Assembly: GCA_001695645.1 (NCBI GenBank)
Contig: LVZN01000006.1
Coordinates: 30,001-62,000, forward strand
Direction: 5' to 3'
DNA length: 32,000 nt
Origin: Erysipelotrichaceae bacterium MTC7
GTDB lineage: Bacteria > Bacillota_I > Bacilli_A > Erysipelotrichales > Erysipelotrichaceae
The notes beneath the pieces were generated by a model that made no database searches, had not been told where the DNA came from, and saw nothing but the letters and a program-made list of their open reading frames with translations. The position numbers and the translations under genes were made by a program. Shown piece by piece: positions 9,080 through 15,923 of the stretch; positions within the stretch are counted from its first letter, which is position 1, and the number at the start of each line of letters is the position of its first letter.

Positions 9080-9088
9080 ATTATAGCA
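9080..9088 (-). promoter_or_regulatory. extended -10 promoter for metF, the activation-domain gene and metH
   Basis: Minus strand TGcTATAAT about 27 nt upstream of the metF ATG, directly downstream of a strong terminator. The leader is too short for a riboswitch. Confidence 0.45.
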
Positions 9089-9145
9089 TAAACCAAGATA
9101 AATCCATTTGAAAATACAAAAAATGCAACTTCTCAGTTCCGTATC

Positions 9146-9180
9146 AAAAAAACCACCAACCGCATGTATCACGATTGGTG
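9146..9180 (-). terminator. intrinsic terminator ending the hyd operon
   Basis: Minus strand CACCAAUCG / CGGUUGGUG (9 bp, one G-U) with a 9-nt loop, then U7. It starts 9 nt after the EIIB-like stop. Confidence 0.85.
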
Positions 9181-9188
9181 TAGTTTGT

Positions 9189-9497
9189 TCACTGATGGGA
9201 TCTAATGAATTGCAAGGCTTTTTCTAAAGTTTCTTTTCCATTCATCATGCCATAATCTTGCATATCAATCATAGCAACTGGCAATGAAGGGAATTGTTTT
9301 TGAACTGCTGATAAACGATACTGAACTTGTGGACCAAGTAAGATGATTTGTGCATCATCCACTTTCGTAATGGCTTCATGCTCACCAATCGCCCAAATCT
9401 TAAGTTCTAACCCACGTTCTTCCGCCGCTTTTTCCATGTTTTTTGCAAGCATGCTTGATGACATACCACCAGCACAAACAAGTACAATTTTAATCAT
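9189..9497 (-). CDS. PTS EIIB component, lactose/cellobiose (Chb) family; orphan, with no EIIC or EIIA nearby
   Basis: MIKIVLVCAGGMSSSMLAKNM carries the P-loop-like active-site Cys. The LLGPQV and IDMQDYGMMNG blocks resemble ChbB/CelA-type EIIB. The ATG at 9497 overlaps the hydF stop (ATGATTAA), and a GAGGTG RBS sits inside the hydF 3' end. Confidence 0.8.
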   Translation of the reverse strand: MIKIVLVCAGGMSSSMLAKNMEKAAEERGLELKIWAIGEHEAITKVDDAQIILLGPQVQYRLSAVQKQFPSLPVAMIDMQDYGMMNGKETLEKALQFIRSHQ

Positions 9498-10698
9498 GTT
9501 GCACCTCACTTGGCAAACTGATGTTATGTAGAATTCCTTGCAAATGCGCGATGGTAATGCCGTAGTTGGTCATCGGTACGCCATCTGCTACAGCTTTAGC
9601 AATACGTGAAAGGACATACTTACGATTGAACATACAAGCACCACAGTGAATAATCAAATCGTAATCTGTGAGTTTCTCAGGAAAGTTGTTTCCTGAAACG
9701 ACATCCACTTGTAGACTTTCACCAAATTTTTGTTTTAACATACGTGGAATCTTTTCACGACCAATATCTTCAGTTAACGGTGCATGACTGCACGCCTCCG
9801 CAATTAAGACCTTACTGTTTTTATGTAAAGTATCAATAGCTTTAGCTCCTTCTACATAGGTCGAAATATCTCCTTTGTAGTCGGCAAATAGGACAGAAAA
9901 CGAGGTTAGTTTACTTGCTTTTGGTTTTTGTTCATACACAGTTTTAAACACTTGGGAATCACAAATGATAAGGTCAGGTTCTTTATGTAAAGATGCTATG
10001 GTTTGTGCAAACATATCAGTTGTACAAGATACTGCAATCGCTTTTTTATCAAGCAGATCACGTAGTGTTTGCACCTGCGGTAAAATCAAACGACCTTTTG
10101 GTGCCTGGATATCTTGTGGCATGACAAGAACAACCACATCCCCTTGTTTGACAAGACCTTTGGTAATACTTTCTGGATCAAAGGCTTCCGGAATGTTTCG
10201 CAAAATGGCTTGACGCACCTTTTCGATTCCATCTTCTTTTTGGGCATCGACAACAAGAATCATATCCTCACTAAACGAACGAATCGCAAGTTCTATTTTA
10301 CCCACACGGTTTGTACCTTTGTCATTGATAAGTAAAATGGTTTTTGTTTGTTGGCTTTTGAATGTATGGTACCAAGTTTTACCTTCTTCGATATCTTCAT
10401 CGGCAAAAACAATAATTGCAATATCGCTTTTTAAAGCTGCAAGTTTCGTTTTCTCCATCCGTTTTTCACCAAGTTCGCTCAGATCACCAAATCCGGCAGT
10501 ATCAATAAAAACGACAGGTCCAACACCATGAAGTTCCATCGCTTTGTAGACTGGATCGGTCGTTGTTCCCTCTTTATCAGAAACAATAGCAACGCTTTGT
10601 TTGGTTAAACCATTGAGCAAAGTACTCTTTCCACTATTAACCTTCCCAAAGATGCCAACGTGCAAGCGATTGGCATGCGGTGTGTGTTGTAGACTCAT
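9490..10698 (-). CDS. hydF: [FeFe]-hydrogenase maturation GTPase HydF
   Basis: P-loop GKVNSGKST, DTAGF, and the C-terminal cluster-binding pattern EACSHAP...HCGACM (CxH...HCxxC). Confidence 0.92.
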   Translation of the reverse strand: MSLQHTPHANRLHVGIFGKVNSGKSTLLNGLTKQSVAIVSDKEGTTTDPVYKAMELHGVGPVVFIDTAGFGDLSELGEKRMEKTKLAALKSDIAIIVFADEDIEEGKTWYHTFKSQQTKTILLINDKGTNRVGKIELAIRSFSEDMILVVDAQKEDGIEKVRQAILRNIPEAFDPESITKGLVKQGDVVVLVMPQDIQAPKGRLILPQVQTLRDLLDKKAIAVSCTTDMFAQTIASLHKEPDLIICDSQVFKTVYEQKPKASKLTSFSVLFADYKGDISTYVEGAKAIDTLHKNSKVLIAEACSHAPLTEDIGREKIPRMLKQKFGESLQVDVVSGNNFPEKLTDYDLIIHCGACMFNRKYVLSRIAKAVADGVPMTNYGITIAHLQGILHNISLPSEVQHD

Positions 10699-10707
10699 AC
10701 ATCCCTC

Positions 10708-12120
10708 CTAAAATCTAAAATCACGTTTTCCCTCATGAAGTTGATCAAGATACGCTTGTGCTTTTTCTTTTACTTTTTCATTTGGAATACGTTGCATTTC
10801 ACGAGCTATGACTTGTTCACCCAAAGTTCTAGTTTCCTCACTTGCATAATCTTCTAAATATTCTTTAAGTGTCATTAAAGCGTTGGGTTGACAGATGTTA
10901 GCAATTTGTCCGTTTTTAACTAGCGACATAAAGCGGTCTCCTGTCCGTCCTTCGCGATAACATGCCGTACAGAAACTTGGCACATGTCCAAGCGATAATA
11001 ACCAGTTCACAATTTCATCCAAGGTTCTTGTATCTTCCACATCGAATTGCGCACTGTTTTCTTCTTCTTTTTCTGCATAACCACCAACACTTGTCGATGA
11101 TGCACCTGAGATTTGTGAGACTCCTAATTCAAGTACACGTTCTCTTGATTTTTGCGTTTCTCTGGTGGATATGATCATTCCTGCATAGGGAGCACTAATT
11201 CGAGTGACCGCAGTTAACTTAGCGAAAATATCGTCACTGATTGCATCTTTGAAATCTTCTGGATTGATATCATCTGCGGCACGAATGCGTGGCAAGGAAA
11301 TCGTGTGAGGTCCACAACCCTTAGCCGCTTCTAAGTGTTCTGCATGCATCAGTAGACCCACAAAGTCGTATTTGTAGGACTGTAAACCAAAAAGTACACC
11401 AATACCTACGTCATCAATTCCTGCATCCATAGCGCGGTCCATTGCTTCGGTATGGTAAGCATAGTTGTGCTTTGGTCCTTTTGGATGAAGTTTTTCATAG
11501 TTGTCTTTATTGTAAGTTTCTTGGAATAAAATGTAGGTTCCAATACCCGCGTCTTTTAAACGTTTATAGTTTTCCACCGTCGTTGCTGCGATGTTCACAT
11601 TGACACGACGAATGGCTCCATTTTTGTGATGAATCGAATAAATCGTCTTAATACTTTCCAATACGTATTCGATTGGTGAATGGATGGGATCTTCCCCTGT
11701 TTCCAAAGCCAAGCGTTTATGCCCCATATCTTGCAAGGCAATGACTTCTTTCTTAATTTCTTCCTGTGTTAATTTTTTGCGGGCAATCGTTTTGTTTTCA
11801 TAGTGATATGGGCAATACACACAGCCATTCACACAGTAATTTGATAAGTATAATGGGGCAAACATCACAATGCGGTTGCCATAAAACTTTTGTTTGATCT
11901 CTTTGGCAAGTGTTTCAATACGTGCGTTTTCTTCTGGTAAATCACACTCCAATAAAACAGCAGCTTCACGATGCTCCAGCCCTTGATACATCTCTGCCTT
12001 CTTTAGAATCTCATCAATCAGTTGCTTATTGCTTTTATTTTCTTTTGCGTAAGTTAGCGTTTCAAGAATTTCATCATGACTGATAAACTCTTCCGCCTTA
12101 TTTGACATTTTGTTGTACAT
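10708..12120 (-). CDS. hydG: [FeFe]-hydrogenase maturase HydG (radical SAM tyrosine lyase)
   Basis: Radical-SAM motif CVNGCVYCPY and C-terminal auxiliary-cluster cysteines SFCTACYREGRTGDRFM. About 470 aa. Its start shares TAATG with the hydE stop. Confidence 0.92.
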   Translation of the reverse strand: MYNKMSNKAEEFISHDEILETLTYAKENKSNKQLIDEILKKAEMYQGLEHREAAVLLECDLPEENARIETLAKEIKQKFYGNRIVMFAPLYLSNYCVNGCVYCPYHYENKTIARKKLTQEEIKKEVIALQDMGHKRLALETGEDPIHSPIEYVLESIKTIYSIHHKNGAIRRVNVNIAATTVENYKRLKDAGIGTYILFQETYNKDNYEKLHPKGPKHNYAYHTEAMDRAMDAGIDDVGIGVLFGLQSYKYDFVGLLMHAEHLEAAKGCGPHTISLPRIRAADDINPEDFKDAISDDIFAKLTAVTRISAPYAGMIISTRETQKSRERVLELGVSQISGASSTSVGGYAEKEEENSAQFDVEDTRTLDEIVNWLLSLGHVPSFCTACYREGRTGDRFMSLVKNGQIANICQPNALMTLKEYLEDYASEETRTLGEQVIAREMQRIPNEKVKEKAQAYLDQLHEGKRDFRF

Positions 12121-13178
12121 TACTTTTCTCCCTCTTTCTTATAATCTCCTCTATCGTAGGAAATGGTGTAGCCAATGGCTTGCAATCTTGCTTCCAACAA
12201 ATGCAAACTCTCTGCTGCTTCGGCATTCATGTTTGCTTTGTTGTTGTATAAGCTATACGCTTCGCGATGCTCCACTGGTGATAAGTTAGGCATGACGACA
12301 TTGGCACCAGCCAAGATCCCTTTTTCTCTTCCATCATTTGATATTGTTGCAAGTGCAGTCGTTGATGGTATTAGTGCTTGTGGATGCATTAAGCGTAGAA
12401 TGGCAAGTAAGTTTATCGTCATTTCTACATCACCTTTTTTTTCATCTTTAAAAGGTGTATCTTTATGTGGTAAATATGGTCCTAGTCCAATCATTTGTGG
12501 TTGTAATTTTTCTAAAAAGTGAATATCTGCCACAATATGGTCCAAAGTTTGGTAAGGTGAACCAACCATGATTCCACTACCCACTTGGAAACCAATTTCT
12601 TTTAAATCCCATAAGCATTGCACGCGATCTTGAATGCGCATATTGCTTGGATGTAACTTTGCATAGTGATTTTCGCAAACACTTTCGTGTCGTAATAGAT
12701 AACGATTGGCTCCTGCATCAAAATACTTTTGATACACATCTTTTGATTTTTCTCCCAAACTCAAGGTGATGGCACAATCAGGATAGTTAGTACGAATACT
12801 TTTGATAATATCGACCATCAAAACATCATCATAACTACCATCTTCTCCACCTTGCATCACAAAGGTCTTAAACCCAAGTGCATAGCCTTGTTTACATGCC
12901 GATAAGATTTCTTCTTTGTTTAAATGGTATCGGGAGACATGATGGTTGCTTTTGCGTATGCCGCAGTAATAACAGTCATTTTTACAGTAATTGGATATCT
13001 CAATCAAACCCCGAATAAAAACGCCATTTCCATAGATGGATTGGCAAACCTCACGGGCAGCTTTATGTAGATATGCCTGTTTCTTTTCATCCTTTGTTTG
13101 TAGTAGGATTTTATACTCTTCATCACTCACTGCTCGTTTAGCTTGTAAACGATCCACAATCTCTTTAAACTTTTGCAT
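12120..13178 (-). CDS. hydE: [FeFe]-hydrogenase maturase HydE (radical SAM)
   Basis: Radical-SAM motif CKNDCYYCGIR in a BioB-like fold of about 350 aa. Its position between the TM1266-type gene and hydG supports the call. Confidence 0.9.
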   Translation of the reverse strand: MQKFKEIVDRLQAKRAVSDEEYKILLQTKDEKKQAYLHKAAREVCQSIYGNGVFIRGLIEISNYCKNDCYYCGIRKSNHHVSRYHLNKEEILSACKQGYALGFKTFVMQGGEDGSYDDVLMVDIIKSIRTNYPDCAITLSLGEKSKDVYQKYFDAGANRYLLRHESVCENHYAKLHPSNMRIQDRVQCLWDLKEIGFQVGSGIMVGSPYQTLDHIVADIHFLEKLQPQMIGLGPYLPHKDTPFKDEKKGDVEMTINLLAILRLMHPQALIPSTTALATISNDGREKGILAGANVVMPNLSPVEHREAYSLYNNKANMNAEAAESLHLLEARLQAIGYTISYDRGDYKKEGEK

Positions 13179-13410
13179 ATAAGGTTTTGCTGTTGATGCC
13201 TTTAATCATACCTAGTTTTCCAGATAATGCAGAGATGATATCCTGTGGTGCATCCATAATAATCGTCACCACATTTACATTGCGTTTTCGGTAAGGGATT
13301 CCCATACGCCCAACAATGTATTCACCATATGCAGATAGTAATTTGTTCATTTCTTCAGTCGCTTGGTTATCTTCAACAAAGATCCCAATTTGTGCAATTC
13401 TTGTGTCCAT
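13165..13410 (-). CDS. TM1266-family putative iron-only hydrogenase system regulator (ACT/NikR-C-like)
   Basis: About 81 aa. The central block ends in ALSGKLGMIKGI, matching my recollection of the TM1266-family GALSGKLG signature. Start is set at the ATG 13410 (MDTRIAQIGIFVED), with GGAGG 5 nt upstream; the track's first codon is a TTG lying inside the RBS. It overlaps hydE by 14 nt. Confidence 0.78.
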   Translation of the reverse strand: MDTRIAQIGIFVEDNQATEEMNKLLSAYGEYIVGRMGIPYRKRNVNVVTIIMDAPQDIISALSGKLGMIKGINSKTLYAKV

Positions 13411-13533
13411 CGTGTCCTCCAATAAAAATATCCTTGCCTGAGTGACAAGGATGAGACCACATGAAAAAAACTACACATGATTTCGCCTTCATCCGCGGGA
13501 CGTACCCTTGTACTCAGAACGTATGTTACTTGT
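13411..13533 (-). promoter_or_regulatory. structured 5' leader of the hyd operon, with terminator and alternative antiterminator pairing (class unknown)
   Basis: Terminator hairpin AUCCUUG (plus 13446-13452) / CAAGGAU (plus 13430-13436) with a 9-nt loop, followed by AUUUUUAUU abutting the GGAGG RBS. An upstream ACAAGG (plus 13506-13511) is perfectly complementary to CCUUGU in the 5' arm of the terminator. UCAUGUG is repeated twice, 16 nt apart. Confidence 0.55.
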
Positions 13534-13562
13534 AGTTTAGCGAATCCACAAACAAAATGCAA
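13534..13562 (-). promoter_or_regulatory. sigma-A type promoter of the hyd operon
   Basis: Minus strand TTGCAT (13562-13557), a 17-nt spacer, then TAAACT (13539-13534). Confidence 0.5.
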
Positions 13563-13681
13563 GCACTTACACTATTTCTCACGAACCATTTTTCTAGCGA
13601 AAGAGTGAGCATTACAGTAGTATCCGTAGTACAATATGGTTATAATTAATGAAACATACTATAAAAGAAAGGGGTCTTACC

Positions 13682-13975
13682 ATGAAACGTTTAAATAAAG
13701 TATTAGGAGTCGCTGCTGGTGCCGTATTGGCAACTGGAGCTGGTGTGTTTGTTGCTACAAAAGTAAAGGAACGCCAAGTAAAAAAAGCCTTCGCTCAAAA
13801 AGATCCAGAAGAGCTAATCAACACATTGAAAGAAGCTGAAATGCTATTGGATTTTGCTGGTGACGATATGGATGAAGAAACAAAAGCTAAATTTGAAAAA
13901 GCAAAAGCTAAACTAACAACAAAAGTTGGACAAGATAAGATTGTTCATGTTGTTGAAGAAAAATTAGAGAAATAA
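13682..13975 (+). CDS. small membrane-anchored protein with a charged helical C-terminus (unknown function)
   Basis: This is the only convincing plus-strand gene. The start MKRLNKVLGVAAGAVLATGAGVFVA is preceded by AAAGGGG 7 nt upstream; the upstream ATG at 13649 lacks an RBS. The Lys/Glu-rich tail suggests a coiled coil. A terminator follows. Confidence 0.6.
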   Translation: MKRLNKVLGVAAGAVLATGAGVFVATKVKERQVKKAFAQKDPEELINTLKEAEMLLDFAGDDMDEETKAKFEKAKAKLTTKVGQDKIVHVVEEKLEK

Positions 13976-13978
13976 GCG

Positions 13979-14020
13979 CAAAAAAGCAATCCTCACAAAT
14001 ATGAAGGATTGCTTTTTTTA
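13979..14020. terminator. bidirectional intrinsic terminator
   Basis: AAAAAA-GCAATCCT (13986-13993), an 11-nt loop, then AGGATTGC (14005-14012) followed by TTTTTTT. It serves the plus-strand small gene and the convergent minus-strand flavoprotein gene (stop at 14018-14020). Confidence 0.85.
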
Positions 14021-15178
14021 TGCATAATACCCTGCAACATACCCAGTAATAAAGGCAATGGAGATGTTATATCCACCAGTGTATCCGTGGACATCCATCA
14101 TCTCACCGGCAAAGGATATATTTGGATGCATTTTCGATTGCATCGTCTTTGGATCAATGTCTTTGATTTTTATACCACCATCACTTACGAATGCTTGTTG
14201 TAAGCTACGCGTTGTATAAATCGTTAGTGGAAAGCGTTTAATTTGCATAAGTGGATCGCCACCTTGTTTTTCAATGAATTGTAAGAAACGTTTGGGTAAC
14301 CCATAGGTTTTCGCCAAGGATAACAGTCCATTTGTCTTTATTTCTTTTGCGAGTTGTTCATTACTTACATCAGCTAAAAAATCAAGCGCAAGTGTTACTG
14401 GACCTTTTTGTAATTGTTTATTGATATGACTGCTTGTACGTAAAGCGCCAGGTCCTGATAAACCAAAATGTGTAAAAATCACATCATGACGAACAAGGTC
14501 TTTGTATTTATTATTCTTCTTGATTTTTATTTGGACATCAGGAAAGGATAAGCCCTGCAGTTCTTTACTTTGAATGATTGCATCGTTGCTTACCAAAGAC
14601 ACTTCAGCAGGAAGTATCTTGGTAACACTATGATCGGTTTGCAATGCAAGTTGGTATCCCAGTCCATCACTACCTGTGGTTGGATAACTCTTCCCTCCGC
14701 AAGCCAAAATCAAATGGTCAAAAACAAAAGAACCTTGATTGGTCACCACTTGCTTGTTTTGTAAATCGATTTGCTTTACAGTTTGTTGGTACTTGATATT
14801 CACACCTAACTCTTTTAAAGTTTGTCTTAAAACAGCGATAACATCTTCTGCTTTTTCCGTTGTTGGAAATAAGCGATGATGGTCTTCTTCCTTAAAAGGC
14901 AGTCCTGCTTCTGTAAAAAACTGTTCGATATCATCGAGTGTAAATTGTTGTAAGGCACTATACAAAAACTTTCCATTGCGTACGGTGTCTTTAATGAACT
15001 GTTCAGGTGAAACACGAACGCTTAAATTGCAACGACCTCCACCACTTAAAGACAGTTTCATACCCAATGTATGATTGCGTTCTAATAGATACACTTGTGC
15101 ATCTGTATGATTTTTTTTAGCGGATATAGCTGCCATCATACCAGCTGGTCCACCTCCGACAATAACGATATTTCTCAT
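14018..15178 (-). CDS. HI0933/YhiN-family FAD-dependent oxidoreductase (BaiN-like flavoprotein)
   Basis: MRNIVIVGGGPAGMMAA is a dinucleotide-binding motif at the N-terminus. The C-terminal DVHGYTGGYN is typical of the HI0933-like family. The start is ambiguous: ATG 15178 or GTG 15214. Confidence 0.78.
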   Translation of the reverse strand: MRNIVIVGGGPAGMMAAISAKKNHTDAQVYLLERNHTLGMKLSLSGGGRCNLSVRVSPEQFIKDTVRNGKFLYSALQQFTLDDIEQFFTEAGLPFKEEDHHRLFPTTEKAEDVIAVLRQTLKELGVNIKYQQTVKQIDLQNKQVVTNQGSFVFDHLILACGGKSYPTTGSDGLGYQLALQTDHSVTKILPAEVSLVSNDAIIQSKELQGLSFPDVQIKIKKNNKYKDLVRHDVIFTHFGLSGPGALRTSSHINKQLQKGPVTLALDFLADVSNEQLAKEIKTNGLLSLAKTYGLPKRFLQFIEKQGGDPLMQIKRFPLTIYTTRSLQQAFVSDGGIKIKDIDPKTMQSKMHPNISFAGEMMDVHGYTGGYNISIAFITGYVAGYYA

Positions 15179-15213
15179 GTGCCCATTATAACAAAAGTAG
15201 CGTCTAAAAGACA

Positions 15214-15435
15214 CTACTTACTTTTTTCATCAACGATGATATAGAGAATGTAAATTGCACTTAAAATAAGTGCTGGCCAAAACAAAAGCGATACGATGTT
15301 TAAAATCGTTTTTAAGATCCAAAAGATAAACCATATCACAAGTAAGGGAATCGCAAAGCGTATGATTGCTGTACTGTAATCTTCTTGTTTCCATGCATCT
15401 ACAATGCTTTGAATATATGTCTCAAAGAAACCCAT
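15214..15435 (-). CDS. small two-helix membrane protein (unknown function)
   Basis: 73 aa with two long hydrophobic segments. Its ATG shares TAATG with the upstream deaminase stop. No recognisable motif. Confidence 0.5.
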   Translation of the reverse strand: MGFFETYIQSIVDAWKQEDYSTAIIRFAIPLLVIWFIFWILKTILNIVSLLFWPALILSAIYILYIIVDEKSK

Positions 15436-15920
15436 TACACATTGTCCTCAATGTGCATGTTGATGGTATAGCGTTTTGGCAGTTTATCGTAAGTAACGCA
15501 TGCTGCATCAAACATCTTACGCGATGCAATGGCTCCATCACTGGTCCAGTTTTTATCACACTCGTAAACGACACGTGTGATTCCTGATTGAATGATGGCC
15601 TTAGCGCATTCATTACACGGAAATAACGATACGTATAAGGTACAATCGCGTAAATCTGCCCCGCTGTTTAAAATCGCATTTAATTCTGCGTGGACAACAT
15701 ATGGATATTTCGTATCTAAAGTATCTCCTTCTTTTCCCCAAGGAAATGCATCATCATCGCATCCTTTAGGCAAACCGTTGTAGCCAATTCCTACAACTTT
15801 TTTGTCTTGAGAAACAATACAAGCACCTACTTGTGTGTTTGGATCTTTACTACGCAAAGCACTTAAATGTGCCAACCCAATAAAGTATTCATCCCATGAT
15901 AAATAGTTTTCCCGTTTCAT
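15435..15920 (-). CDS. comEB: deoxycytidylate (dCMP) deaminase, ComEB type
   Basis: Zinc-binding deaminase motifs VHAELNAI and PCNECAK. 161 aa, with a GGAGGAA RBS upstream. Confidence 0.88.
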   Translation of the reverse strand: MKRENYLSWDEYFIGLAHLSALRSKDPNTQVGACIVSQDKKVVGIGYNGLPKGCDDDAFPWGKEGDTLDTKYPYVVHAELNAILNSGADLRDCTLYVSLFPCNECAKAIIQSGITRVVYECDKNWTSDGAIASRKMFDAACVTYDKLPKRYTINMHIEDNV

Positions 15921-15923
15921 TTT

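Noticed and set aside
9053-9145. Expected a SAM (S-box) riboswitch or T-box upstream of metF
   Set aside because: The region contains only a terminator from the upstream operon and an extended -10 promoter about 27 nt before the ATG. No S-box or T-box elements are present.
13471-13540. Long-range pairing AAACUACA...UGUAGUUU followed by a U7 run, looking like a second, larger terminator in the hyd leader
   Set aside because: The 5' arm coincides with the predicted -10 box (TAAACT), so it would mostly not be transcribed. This holds only if that promoter call is right, so I note it as a caveat rather than a feature.
13347-13562. 71-aa minus-strand ORF covering the hyd leader
   Set aside because: It begins at the predicted promoter and has no RBS. 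It reads through the terminator hairpin and into the regulator gene in another frame. The region is better explained as RNA structure.
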